Source: Candidatus Dojkabacteria bacterium (GTDB lineage Bacteria; Patescibacteriota; Dojkabacteria; SC72). From it: DNA of 58,082 bases. A program made the position numbers and the translations under genes. The notes below the pieces were generated by a model. It was not told where the DNA came from, made no database searches, and saw nothing but the letters and a program-made list of their open reading frames with translations. Shown here piece after piece: positions 15,620-25,368 of the stretch; the stretch's first letter is position 1; each line of letters opens with the position of its first letter. The stretch lies in the NCBI GenBank assembly GCA_028694805.1, contig JAQVKD010000002.1:1-58082 (forward strand), in the 5' to 3' direction.

Positions 15620-16366
15620 TTATCCCTCATTCCAATTAGGATGTTCTAAGTATTGTTTAATGATACTTCCCTCTCCTTTCTTTTCGTCTCCAAGAAAATA
15701 AAAAGGCGCTATTCCCACGATATACGTATCCATTTCATCCTTCTTTATACTTTCCTCTTCATAAATAAAAAAGTTTATCTTTTCTTGATACACATTTTCT
15801 GGTGAAATTCCTCCCATGACAATTTCGATAGCATCCTCCAAACTGTTTCCAAACTCTGCTGATTTACTTAAAAGCTCCAGATATTTACTATTTACCATCT
15901 CATACTCGGCACTATCTTTTATACTAAATGTTAAAGCTTTTAAAACAGATCCTATTGGAATATTTCTTCCAGACAGTTTCATAGGTATTGCAACTAAACC
16001 CACATCGTTACCATCCAAATCCTCTGTTATACCAATATTTGTAATACCAATCTCCGCTAGGTATCCTAAAACTTCAGTTGCTAATAATTCTTCAGGCATT
16101 TTTATATTACTAGTAGAGACACCTTCATCTTCTAAGCCTGCTTCTACTTGCTTTCTAGAAATTTTTTCACTCCCACTACGAAAAAGATAATCTATTTCTC
16201 CAATTAATAAACCCAAATCTAAGACCTTTTTTGGAAATTTCCCAATCTCCTTACCTCGACTGTTTATATCTTGTTGCCCAATCTCGGCTCTCTTTCGTCT
16301 CTCTTCCCCAATATCTTCAGCAACTTCTTTTCTATTAAGTTTTTTTATAGGAGTCATAAAAAACAT
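15620..16366 (-). CDS. Hypothetical protein inserted between ruvA and ruvC
   Basis: 248-aa ORF on the same strand as the ruv genes. I recognise no motif. Confidence 0.5.
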   Translation of the reverse strand: MFFMTPIKKLNRKEVAEDIGEERRKRAEIGQQDINSRGKEIGKFPKKVLDLGLLIGEIDYLFRSGSEKISRKQVEAGLEDEGVSTSNIKMPEELLATEVLGYLAEIGITNIGITEDLDGNDVGLVAIPMKLSGRNIPIGSVLKALTFSIKDSAEYEMVNSKYLELLSKSAEFGNSLEDAIEIVMGGISPENVYQEKINFFIYEEESIKKDEMDTYIVGIAPFYFLGDEKKGEGSIIKQYLEHPNWNEG

Positions 16367-16438
16367 CTATAAATTTATATATTTCAGGCATTAAAATATT
16401 GTATATAAATACGTCCCACTTTGCAACATTATAAGACA

Positions 16439-16909
16439 CTACGCTACCCTACTAGTGGCTATAGCCACAGCTAAAGCATCTGCAGCATCATCTGGTTTAG
16501 GAATACTATCTAAATTACAAAATCTTTTTACATTCTCCTGTACCTGTTTTTTATCTGCTTTCCCATATCCTGTAACAGCATCCTTAACCTGTAACGGAGT
16601 AAAATCATATATAGGTAGACCATGATCCTCTAAAACAAGTAAAACTATACCCCTAGCCTCTCCTACAGATATAGCAGTTTTAGCATTATTATAAAAAAGA
16701 AGTGTCTCAACACCACATACTTCTGGTTTAAATTTATCTACTATCTCATTCATATCTTCATATATCTCTTTAAGTCTAGTAGAAACATTTAAACCCTTAT
16801 CGGTTATAATAGCACCATAATCAACCGGTTGAGGATTAAGATCTTTATCAAAATCAACAATAGCCCACCCTACTATAGCTAAACCAGGATCTATACCTAA
16901 TATTCTCAT
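16439..16909 (-). CDS. ruvC: Crossover junction endodeoxyribonuclease RuvC
   Basis: MRILGIDPGLAIVGWAIV and the C-terminal PKPDDAADALAVAI are hallmark RuvC catalytic segments. Confidence 0.9.
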   Translation of the reverse strand: MRILGIDPGLAIVGWAIVDFDKDLNPQPVDYGAIITDKGLNVSTRLKEIYEDMNEIVDKFKPEVCGVETLLFYNNAKTAISVGEARGIVLLVLEDHGLPIYDFTPLQVKDAVTGYGKADKKQVQENVKRFCNLDSIPKPDDAADALAVAIATSRVA

Positions 16910-16915
16910 AGGATA

Positions 16916-17701
16916 TTATACCTCCAAATCACTCCAAACATTCTGTACATCATCATGATCCTCAAACTTCTCTAAAGCATTTAAAACTTTCTCTAACTTC
17001 TCCCCTTCTAACCTCTTCTTATTCTTAGCTATTTTAATAATATATGCATCATCTATAACATACGGTAACTTTTCAGAGATACTATCCCTTACCTTTGCTA
17101 AATCCTTAAACTCTGTAATAACATAAACACCCTTTACATCACCAACCATTTCCTCCTGAATATCCAAAATACCCTCAATATCCATAAGATCCATCATAAC
17201 TTGATCTAAATCATCCTCTATAAATCTATCATCTTCACCATATTTCTCACCCTTTTCCTTATGTCCAGCCTTAATATCTATCCTTCCCTTAACATCAAAA
17301 TTCCATGATACAGAACCAGAATCACCTAAACCACCACCTACTTCTTCAAAAAGATTTCTCATTTCAGAAATAGTTCTGTTTGTATTATCTGTTAGGCAAT
17401 CAATAATGATGGCAATATTCCCTGGGCCAAAACCCTCATAACTAACCTCGTGAAATTCAACACCATCACTACCCTCCCCCGTACCTTTCGATATCGCCTT
17501 CTCTATATTATTTATTGGAAATCCAATACTTTTAGCCTTATCTATATATAGCCTTAATGTAGGATTCATTTCTGGATCGCCACCACCAACTTTGGCAGCA
17601 TGAGTTATTAATGTTGAAACTTTAGAGAATTCCTTACTTCTCTTAGCGTCATTCGCCTCTTTTTTATGTTTAATTGTAGACCATTTACTATGTCCTGACA
17701 T
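16916..17701 (-). CDS. yebC: YebC/PmpR family DNA-binding transcriptional regulator
   Basis: MSGHSKWSTIKHKKEANDAKRSK... is the invariant YebC N-terminus. At 261 aa it is slightly longer than typical. Confidence 0.9.
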   Translation of the reverse strand: MSGHSKWSTIKHKKEANDAKRSKEFSKVSTLITHAAKVGGGDPEMNPTLRLYIDKAKSIGFPINNIEKAISKGTGEGSDGVEFHEVSYEGFGPGNIAIIIDCLTDNTNRTISEMRNLFEEVGGGLGDSGSVSWNFDVKGRIDIKAGHKEKGEKYGEDDRFIEDDLDQVMMDLMDIEGILDIQEEMVGDVKGVYVITEFKDLAKVRDSISEKLPYVIDDAYIIKIAKNKKRLEGEKLEKVLNALEKFEDHDDVQNVWSDLEV

Positions 17702-17726
17702 ACAACATATTTTATCACATTAGAGG

Positions 17727-20225
17727 TTACTTTTCTTTATCAGACTTCTTTTCTTCTTTCTCAGAGTCATCCTTTTTATCCTGATTAGAACGCATAACAG
17801 ATCTATTACCTTTATCACTATACTTCTGTTGACTCCATCTCATTATCTTGTCCTCAATAATCATCCTATCTACACTATATTTCTCTCTAGATGCCTCTAT
17901 TACCCTATCCTTTAACCCATATGGTGTATATCTTGGTGGTAGTGATTTAGCACTAAAAGGTACAGATGTCATACCATCGATACATAATTTTATATACATA
18001 GCATGGGAATCCAAAGAAACCAAATCATCAGCAGAAACATCTGGCGCAAACTCCTTTTCAAGAATGGCGGCATCTGATTGACTAACAACAAATGAACCCA
18101 AAGTTCCAACATTACCGAATATAGCCTGTCTTACTGTTAAAGGTAACTGATCAATATACTGATTAGTCATAGTTAAATCTAATTTATACTTCCTTGCCTC
18201 AGAAAGAATTTTTGCAAAAGAATCTGTAGCAAAATTCTGAAACTCATCAACAAATAGATAGAAATCTTTTCTCTCATCAAATGGTTGGTCTGTTCTCTCC
18301 ATAGCTGTTGATTGTAATCTAGTAATTACCATACCTCCCAACAGAGATGCTGTTTCTTCACCGAGTTTTCCTTGAGCGAGATTAACCAACAGAATCTTTC
18401 TACTATCCATTATTTCTCTTAAATTAATCGTAGATTTAACCTGACCAATGATATTTCTAATAACTGCAGATGATATAAATCTACCGACTTTGTTTTGTAT
18501 AGGGGCTACAGCCTCTGTTACTAATCTAGTATTTGAAGACATTTGAGCGAATTCCTCTTCCCAGAATTTCAGGAGAATTGGATCATTTACCTGTTTAAGT
18601 ATAAATTTACGATAGTTGTTATCTGTAAGGATTCTAATAACCGCTAACAAAGTTGTATTCTGAGCCTCTAAGAGAGTCGCTACAGCATTAGTAAGTATAT
18701 ATTGAAGTCTTGGCCCCCAAGAATCGCCAAATTGTTTCTTAAACACCTCTACTACACCATCTGCAATTAAATCTCTCTGAGATTTATCCTCCAACTCTAA
18801 AAGATTGAAACCTACCGGATGATTAATATCTGTAGGATCAAAATATACAACATCATCTATTCTTTCTGGAGGTATAAAATCTAAAAGCTCTTCCACCGCT
18901 TCACCATGAGGATCTACAAAACATGCTCCCTCACCTCTTAAAATATCTGCAATGAACATATTTTTAAATAGTGTTGATTTACCTACACCAGTCTTACCAA
19001 GTAAATAAAAATGTCTACGTCTATCCTCTGGTTTTAAACCGAAATTAATCCTATGCTCTCTGTAATCAGTATCTGCAAAAACAGAAACACCATAATCATT
19101 TTCTGTAGGTAAATTCATAGGAGGTTCTAACTTCTTAGATCTACTCCATGCAATGTTAGGAGTCTCTACAGAAATATTGGGCATATGGTAAACAGAGGCT
19201 ATTTCTTCAATATTCATAATATCTACCACATCTTCACCTAATATTCTTGATAGGTAATCCATATATATTTCTTTGGCTTCCTTTCCTTCTGGAGAATATG
19301 AAAAGCTATTAAGATGTGCTGTAGTAAATTGTTTAAAACTAGCTACAGAATCCCTAAGGATCTGTTCAGATCTTTCTTTGCTTTCTGCCTTTGTTACAAT
19401 TCTAATTACAAACTTAAAACCGACCTTTAACATCTTCTCCTCTATCCTAGCTAACTCTTCCTCCTGACCAGGAGCTAATTTAACAACTTCTTTTTTAACA
19501 GGCCCGCCATCTTCTGAACTTGTTGTAAGAGTTTTTCCTACAGCATCAAATAGCTTTGCAAGTTTCTTCCCAAAATTCTCATTAAGATCTACTCCATCTT
19601 TCACAGCAGTAATATATTTTTTTGATTCTTCTTGCCAATAATTTGCAACAGGTCTAACGATCAATTGAATCCATGCACTCTCCCCTAGTTTTAAATCAGA
19701 TACAGCTCCAGTAATAGCTGCGAGTGGATCAACTTCAAAATCCCTGAATGTTTTAATAGGGAATATATAATCTTTAACAAACTCAACCTCTCCTGTAGTT
19801 ATAAAGGATCCATTACCAACATTCTCTAAAGTATAGTCCTGCACATATTTAATATCAGCATTGGGATACTGTGCATATACCTGACCCTCAACAAATTTTG
19901 CTAACTGTTTTGGGGAAACAACAAAAAATCTTATACCATTTTCTCCAGTCGAAACAATTTCAAAACTAATTGCATCAGAGCAAATCTTTGAATCTCCAAG
20001 TAAACCATGTAATGATGCAAACATCTGCTCTGCTGCTAATGGTGTTTTATCATTTTCTCTAGGGACAAGAACCTGCATAATAACAGGATTCCTCATACTC
20101 TCAAAAACTTCTTCTTTTTCCTCTTTATCAAACTTACTTTTAAGTATGAAAATAAAGGCTAAAAAACCGAGTGAAAATATTAATAAAATAAGTATAACTC
20201 CTACCATAATAGATATATTGTACAA
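17727..20225 (-). CDS. VirD4/TraD/TraG-like (type IV coupling protein-type) membrane-anchored ATPase
   Basis: 832 aa with an N-terminal TM. Walker A is LLGKTGVGKST and Walker B is FYLFVDEFQNF. It has the ARKYKLDLTMTNQYIDQL segment typical of TrwB/TraD AAD-binding domains and a Lys/Glu-rich tail. The ~390-aa N-terminal domain has no obvious match. Confidence 0.55.
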   Translation of the reverse strand: MYNISIMVGVILILLIFSLGFLAFIFILKSKFDKEEKEEVFESMRNPVIMQVLVPRENDKTPLAAEQMFASLHGLLGDSKICSDAISFEIVSTGENGIRFFVVSPKQLAKFVEGQVYAQYPNADIKYVQDYTLENVGNGSFITTGEVEFVKDYIFPIKTFRDFEVDPLAAITGAVSDLKLGESAWIQLIVRPVANYWQEESKKYITAVKDGVDLNENFGKKLAKLFDAVGKTLTTSSEDGGPVKKEVVKLAPGQEEELARIEEKMLKVGFKFVIRIVTKAESKERSEQILRDSVASFKQFTTAHLNSFSYSPEGKEAKEIYMDYLSRILGEDVVDIMNIEEIASVYHMPNISVETPNIAWSRSKKLEPPMNLPTENDYGVSVFADTDYREHRINFGLKPEDRRRHFYLLGKTGVGKSTLFKNMFIADILRGEGACFVDPHGEAVEELLDFIPPERIDDVVYFDPTDINHPVGFNLLELEDKSQRDLIADGVVEVFKKQFGDSWGPRLQYILTNAVATLLEAQNTTLLAVIRILTDNNYRKFILKQVNDPILLKFWEEEFAQMSSNTRLVTEAVAPIQNKVGRFISSAVIRNIIGQVKSTINLREIMDSRKILLVNLAQGKLGEETASLLGGMVITRLQSTAMERTDQPFDERKDFYLFVDEFQNFATDSFAKILSEARKYKLDLTMTNQYIDQLPLTVRQAIFGNVGTLGSFVVSQSDAAILEKEFAPDVSADDLVSLDSHAMYIKLCIDGMTSVPFSAKSLPPRYTPYGLKDRVIEASREKYSVDRMIIEDKIMRWSQQKYSDKGNRSVMRSNQDKKDDSEKEEKKSDKEK

Positions 20226-20246
20226 GATATTTACATCAAATTAAAA

Positions 20247-21305
20247 TTACTCGGCAATATCTGTACCAAGTAATACTATAATATCTCCAGTTGTAATGAA
20301 AGTTGGTCTCTCATATTTAATTTCTACATCTCCTCCAACAACATCTTTCACCAAACTGAGAGAATTCTTATAATCATCTAAATCTGGAATATATATAACA
20401 GTCTTATCATAAGTATTAGGCGCATTATCATATCTTAAAATTCTACATCCAGTATGTCTTATTTTTCTAGCATATTCACTAGCTAGACCAGATATATTAC
20501 TTCCATTATATACCTCAACATTTACTCTTTCCTTTTCAACATCTTTACTAACTAACTCATCAATATATTTTGAGAGTTCATCATCAAAACTACTTACTTT
20601 AAATAAAGATTCTTGATGATTTGTAGAGATAGTTATATTTTCTACACAACAATCAGAGATATCCATCTCCTCATATTGATAGTTGGTTATAGCTTGATTG
20701 ATAAAGTTTATTTCTTTTATTAAATTTAGTATAGGAAGATTGGAATAGACATTATCTCTTAATTCTCTACTGTATCTGAAATCAAATAATATACTCATAA
20801 TAGATAGTTTCGATCTAAATTCATCAAGTGTACTGCTACTATTAACAATCCAAACATAGTTATCCATTTTCATTCCTAGAAGACTACTCATATACTCAAC
20901 TGTATATTCTCTTCCAGACCCATGTTCTAAAAATTCTCCAACTGATTTCATGGATGAAATCGGGAAATCATCTACAGAATCTTCTGTAACATAGACATTC
21001 GTTGGTATATTGATTCTCAAAAGATTCTTTTGATCTTGACTGTATGTTACTAGCTCCATATTTACAACTTTCCCTTCCTCTTCAAATACAAAAAAAGTGT
21101 TAACTAAAGAAGAATCATTTGAAAGTATATTTGTGGGGATATTAGAGCAATCTACCTTGAAACTTATTAAAACGATAATACGATAAAGTAAAAAAAGAAA
21201 GAGTAATGCTCCTGCAATATACAAAAAGATTTTCCATTTAAAATCCTTTTTCTTCTTATCTTGGCTCTTCTTTACTTTTTTCCTTTTTACTTTGTGGGCA
21301 GACAT
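20247..21305 (-). CDS. LytR-CpsA-Psr (LCP)-like protein with a LytR_C-type C-terminal domain
   Basis: 352 aa with a basic N-terminus and a TM. The segment LLRINIPTNVYV...LLGMKMDNYVWIVNS is LCP-like. The C-terminal VNVEVYNGSNISGLASEYARKIRHTGCRILRYDNAPN...TVIYI resembles LytR_C. Confidence 0.5.
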   Translation of the reverse strand: MSAHKVKRKKVKKSQDKKKKDFKWKIFLYIAGALLFLFLLYRIIVLISFKVDCSNIPTNILSNDSSLVNTFFVFEEEGKVVNMELVTYSQDQKNLLRINIPTNVYVTEDSVDDFPISSMKSVGEFLEHGSGREYTVEYMSSLLGMKMDNYVWIVNSSSTLDEFRSKLSIMSILFDFRYSRELRDNVYSNLPILNLIKEINFINQAITNYQYEEMDISDCCVENITISTNHQESLFKVSSFDDELSKYIDELVSKDVEKERVNVEVYNGSNISGLASEYARKIRHTGCRILRYDNAPNTYDKTVIYIPDLDDYKNSLSLVKDVVGGDVEIKYERPTFITTGDIIVLLGTDIAE

Positions 21306-21312
21306 ATGTTTT

Positions 21313-22284
21313 TTAAACTTTTAAAAAAGACATCCTCTTCTTAGTACGAGGATGCAGAAATGAAAGGTAGATAGATTGTAGCATAATATTCTCAGAAGAA
21401 GTTTTTTCTCTATTTGATTTATAAAGTGTATCTCCTTTTATAGTGTATCCATAATAGTTAAGAGTTGCTCTAATCTGATGCATACGACCAGTTACTATCT
21501 TTATCATCAACTTATTATCTTCTACAGGTAATATATAACTTTTTGCTGGTTTAGAACCCTCAAATTCATAAAGTTTAAATTTCATCTTATATCTATTTAC
21601 ATTATCTCTACCTATAAATCCTTCTGCTTTAAACCAATTATCATAATTTACACCTCTTTTTTCTACTTCCTTTAAAATAGTATCTAAATTTTCTTTATTA
21701 ATATGATCTAGTTCAGATTCTTTAAATTTCTTTACCTGTGCAAGATATATCTTATCTACTTCTCTATTTATAAATTGCTTTTTAAGAGCTTCTTGAACTT
21801 CTTTTGTTTTGGCAATAACCATAATTCCCGAGACTCCTTTATCCAACCTATGTACTATTCCAGCTCTATCCATATTGTTATCAAACTCATTTTTTGACTC
21901 TAAATAATACCTAAGATAGTTTGCTAATGTGTTTTTTTTGTTTCCCACACCAGGATGTACAACTAAACCTTTCGGTTTAAATATTACAAGAAGAGAATCA
22001 TCTTCAAAAAGTATATCTAATTTACCTTCCTGAGGAAGTATTTGATCACTAAGATCTATATTGGTAAAAAATTCTTTCCAATATTCATTATCTATAGAAA
22101 TAGTGTCTCCGATCTTTAGTTTATGAGAGGCTTTCCCCTCTTCATCATTAACTTTAATTCCTTTTGAAATATAATCTTTTATCATATTTCGAGTTGCCTG
22201 CTTAAAACCCATCTCATGCAATTGAGATACTAAAAATTTATCAACTCTTTGATTATTGTATTTTTGATCTATTGTTATATCCAT
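21313..22284 (-). CDS. rluD: RluA-family 23S rRNA pseudouridine synthase (RluD-like)
   Basis: It has an S4-like N-terminus and the catalytic motif GIVHRLDKGVSGIMVIAKT. It also has HQIRATL (the RluA-family HQIR motif). Confidence 0.85.
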   Translation of the reverse strand: MDITIDQKYNNQRVDKFLVSQLHEMGFKQATRNMIKDYISKGIKVNDEEGKASHKLKIGDTISIDNEYWKEFFTNIDLSDQILPQEGKLDILFEDDSLLVIFKPKGLVVHPGVGNKKNTLANYLRYYLESKNEFDNNMDRAGIVHRLDKGVSGIMVIAKTKEVQEALKKQFINREVDKIYLAQVKKFKESELDHINKENLDTILKEVEKRGVNYDNWFKAEGFIGRDNVNRYKMKFKLYEFEGSKPAKSYILPVEDNKLMIKIVTGRMHQIRATLNYYGYTIKGDTLYKSNREKTSSENIMLQSIYLSFLHPRTKKRMSFLKV

Positions 22285-23132
22285 TATCTAATTCTAACAG
22301 GCTGATTAACTTCTATATCTACAGTCCTAACTCCTGAGACTTTCTCTATTTCTACATTCGGTCTATTAACATCGATGATAGAAACTATATCCATTACTGC
22401 CGTCCAAACTAGTAAACCCATTACAGAAATTAATTCAAAATTAGAAAGAGTATCTGATAGATATCCATATGCGATGTATAAAGATACCAAAGTTGATAGT
22501 AAAATACCTATATATACAAGTGTCTTTCTTCTTTTAATACCATTTTTTATAGTAAACAGTAAAATTTTTGATACTGCCCAGAATATTATTGGCAAAGCTA
22601 TTAATAATCCCCCTCTTATACACCATTCTACATACTCATTCACTATTCCTAAATATATAAATGATATTCCAAGCATTACAGTCATGGCAAAAAATGTTGG
22701 GAAGTATAGCTGATACCATCTCCATTTTTTGTATAGCAATACTAAAAATGTCAGAATTATTAAAAATGCTACCATTGCAACGAATATTGTTAAACCACCA
22801 TCCCATATACGTAGGAATCTCCACGGAAGTAGTCTAAACCAATATACACTATCTCCATATCTTTCATATGGTAGAAAGTACCATGCATATCTAGAATAGT
22901 CTGACCAATTTATAACAAGATATGAAATTCTTGCCATTCCTAATCCAGAGATTATAGATATAAAGAAAGTATCAAAAACAGAAGATATATTTTTTCTAGT
23001 TTCTTTACAACCTCTCCAATATATAAATAACCCAGCGATAGATATTGCAAAATATACCCATAAAGGATGTAGATTTACTAGAAAAATACGTATAGATTCA
23101 AATACAGTATTCATATTGATAACATTATACAC
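22284..23132 (-). CDS. Polytopic membrane protein, distant prolipoprotein diacylglyceryl transferase (Lgt)-like
   Basis: 282 aa with 7-8 TM. LRIWDGGLTIFVAMVAF resembles the Lgt W-x-GG-L segment. The GR-x-GNF-x-N-x-E signature is not clearly present (LGIVNEY). Confidence 0.35.
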   Translation of the reverse strand: MYNVINMNTVFESIRIFLVNLHPLWVYFAISIAGLFIYWRGCKETRKNISSVFDTFFISIISGLGMARISYLVINWSDYSRYAWYFLPYERYGDSVYWFRLLPWRFLRIWDGGLTIFVAMVAFLIILTFLVLLYKKWRWYQLYFPTFFAMTVMLGISFIYLGIVNEYVEWCIRGGLLIALPIIFWAVSKILLFTIKNGIKRRKTLVYIGILLSTLVSLYIAYGYLSDTLSNFELISVMGLLVWTAVMDIVSIIDVNRPNVEIEKVSGVRTVDIEVNQPVRIR

Positions 23133-23870
23133 TTATTTGTTACTCTTTTTCTTCCCTTTTTCTTTTTTCTCCTCTGACTTTTTTTCTTCTTTTTCAGCTT
23201 CTTCATTAACTTCTTCTTTTTCAAAAATTCCTTTAATCCTATCTCCCAAAAGTTGATATCCTTTCCCTACAGATTCCCCTACTCTATGGACAAAGTTTTT
23301 CTCCTGTTTATATTTACTCTTTTTAGACTTAACTGTTTCGTGAGCCTCCTCTTTTGTCTCCTCTATTTGTTTCTGCATTTCCTCCTGACTAATCTCTTCT
23401 TCTTTCACAACTCTTTTTTTCATCTGATTTCCACAATGAGTACAGTATTTAGATTCTAAGTCTACATACACACCACATTTATCACATTTTATCTTTATTC
23501 TTTGTCTACAATTTGGACAAAATATGTATCCAGGATATAGCTGAGTACCACACTTAGGACAATCTCCAAGATCTTTAGCTTCATATTTCAGATATCTTCT
23601 CTCTAAATCTCCCCAATATATTTCATCTATTGTTTCTGGAGGTCTAACAATGAGATATATGATCCAACCCAGTATAGGAATCATTCCTATTACGACATAG
23701 AATAATCTTATCCATTTATTAGTAGTCCTTTCATCAGAATCAACCCATATCCAGCTTGTTACAACTACCCAGAAGACTATAGCTACAAGGATAAATATTG
23801 TTCCTACCAAATTATAATTAGCACCTGCTATTGCATTTACTATATTTAGTATGAATTCTTCAAAATTCAT
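23133..23870 (-). CDS. Membrane protein with a PLD-nuclease-N-terminal-like TM pair and a double zinc ribbon
   Basis: WIRLFYVVIGMIPILGWIIYLIVRP is PLDc_N-like. Two CxxC...CxxC ribbons follow (CPKCGTQ..CPNC and CDKCG..CTHCG). The tail is Lys/Glu-rich. Confidence 0.6.
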   Translation of the reverse strand: MNFEEFILNIVNAIAGANYNLVGTIFILVAIVFWVVVTSWIWVDSDERTTNKWIRLFYVVIGMIPILGWIIYLIVRPPETIDEIYWGDLERRYLKYEAKDLGDCPKCGTQLYPGYIFCPNCRQRIKIKCDKCGVYVDLESKYCTHCGNQMKKRVVKEEEISQEEMQKQIEETKEEAHETVKSKKSKYKQEKNFVHRVGESVGKGYQLLGDRIKGIFEKEEVNEEAEKEEKKSEEKKEKGKKKSNK

Positions 23871-23899
23871 TATATTACCTCCGCTAATATTATTCTGAG

Positions 23900-23983
23900 T
23901 GGTCGGGGAGGGAGTTGAACCCTCATGCTATTGCTAGCACGGGATTTTGAGTCCCGCGTGTCTGCCAGTTCCACCACTCGACC
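23900..23983 (-). tRNA. tRNA-Leu (anticodon CAA), class II with a long variable arm; CCA not encoded
   Basis: The reverse complement is GGTCGAG TG GTGGAACTGGCAGACAC G CGGGA CTCAAAA TCCCG T GCTAGCAATAGCAT GAGGG TTCAACT CCCTC CCCGACC A. The cloverleaf has one A6:C67 mismatch in the acceptor stem. Confidence 0.85.
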
Positions 23984-24034
23984 AATGTGGCTATATTATA
24001 CAAAAAAGTTGATATGTTGGGAATAACAAAAAAA

Positions 24035-25354
24035 CTATTCTTCCTTATTCTTATACAAATTCCTAAAACTAGCTATCTCATTAACAAAAGCTAACTCTAC
24101 TACACCTGTAGGACCGTTTCTATGCTTAGCTATAAATAATTCCCCCACTCCCTTTTTCTCAGTATCTGGATTCCAAGTCTCTTCTCTATCTATAAACATA
24201 ACAACATCAGCATCCTGCTCTATAGAACCAGACTCTCTAAGATCAGATAACTGAGGCCTTCTATTCTGTCTCTGCTCTATAGCTCTAGAAAGCTGTGAAA
24301 GTGCAACTACAGGGATATCTAATTCCTTTGCTAAATTTTTCAAACCCTGAGAAACCTCTGCCACCTCTAATGTTCTACTCTCTGTACTATTACCATGCAT
24401 AAGCTGAAGATAGTCTAAGAAGATAATATCTACACCTCTCTCCATAGCCAACCTTCTTGCTTTAGTACGAACCTGATTGATATGCTGACCAGCCATGTCA
24501 TCTATAAAAATATTAGCATCAGCCATAAGGCCCATGGTATTTGATAATTTCATAACCTCATCATCAGTAACCTGATTAGTTCTAATCTTCCAAAAAGGAA
24601 CACCAGACTGCATACCTAAAAGCCTATCCATAATCTGAACTTTAGACATTTCTAATGAGAAGAATGCAATATTCTTCTTTTCATGAATAGCAGCATGCCT
24701 CATCATATCCAAAGCTAAAGCAGTCTTACCAACAGAAGGTCTAGCAGCAAGTATAACAAGATCAGATTTCTGATACCCACCGAGTAAAGCATCTAAGTCC
24801 TTAAAACCAGTAGAGATACCCCTTAATTCATCAGCATCCTGAGCTTTAGCTGCTCTCTCATAAGCATCTTTAAGAAGTTCTTTAATATGTACAAAATTAG
24901 CTTTAATACCCTCTTGTGCAACATCATATAGAAGTTTCTCTGATTTATCTACAACCTCATGAACTGGTTGTTCCTCATCATATGACATCTCTACTATCTG
25001 AGTAGCAGAAGATATTAAACCTCTTCTTGTAGCACTTTCTTTAACAATATTTCCATACTCCTCTGCATGTGCAGCTGTAGGAACAGAATTAGACAGTTCT
25101 GCTAAATATGCTCTACCTCCTATTTTTGTTAACTCTTTCTGTTTCTTTAATCTATCAGAAATAGTAACAACATCTATAGGTAAACCATTTTCAAACAGAT
25201 ATAGAATATTCTCATAAATTTTGGCATGTCTTGGATCATAAAAATGCTGAGGCCTCAACCAACCAGAGACTTCTATAATTGCATCCTTATCAAGCAACAT
25301 AGAACCGAGCAGTGATTTTTCGGCATCTATATTTTGTGGTGGTAGTTTATCCAT
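24035..25354 (-). CDS. dnaB: Replicative DNA helicase DnaB
   Basis: PPQNIDAEKSLLGSML, Walker A ARPSVGKTALAL, Walker B IIFLDYLQL and SQLSRAIEQR are present. There is no intein. Confidence 0.95.
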   Translation of the reverse strand: MDKLPPQNIDAEKSLLGSMLLDKDAIIEVSGWLRPQHFYDPRHAKIYENILYLFENGLPIDVVTISDRLKKQKELTKIGGRAYLAELSNSVPTAAHAEEYGNIVKESATRRGLISSATQIVEMSYDEEQPVHEVVDKSEKLLYDVAQEGIKANFVHIKELLKDAYERAAKAQDADELRGISTGFKDLDALLGGYQKSDLVILAARPSVGKTALALDMMRHAAIHEKKNIAFFSLEMSKVQIMDRLLGMQSGVPFWKIRTNQVTDDEVMKLSNTMGLMADANIFIDDMAGQHINQVRTKARRLAMERGVDIIFLDYLQLMHGNSTESRTLEVAEVSQGLKNLAKELDIPVVALSQLSRAIEQRQNRRPQLSDLRESGSIEQDADVVMFIDREETWNPDTEKKGVGELFIAKHRNGPTGVVELAFVNEIASFRNLYKNKEE

Positions 25355-25368
25355 AGGCTATTTTACAT

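Noticed and set aside
17727-20225. The VirD4/TraD-like ATPase as evidence of an integrated conjugative element.
   Set aside because: There is no relaxase, VirB4, integrase or flanking repeat nearby, no tRNA-adjacent junction, and the region's composition looks host-like. I report it as an orphan ATPase instead.
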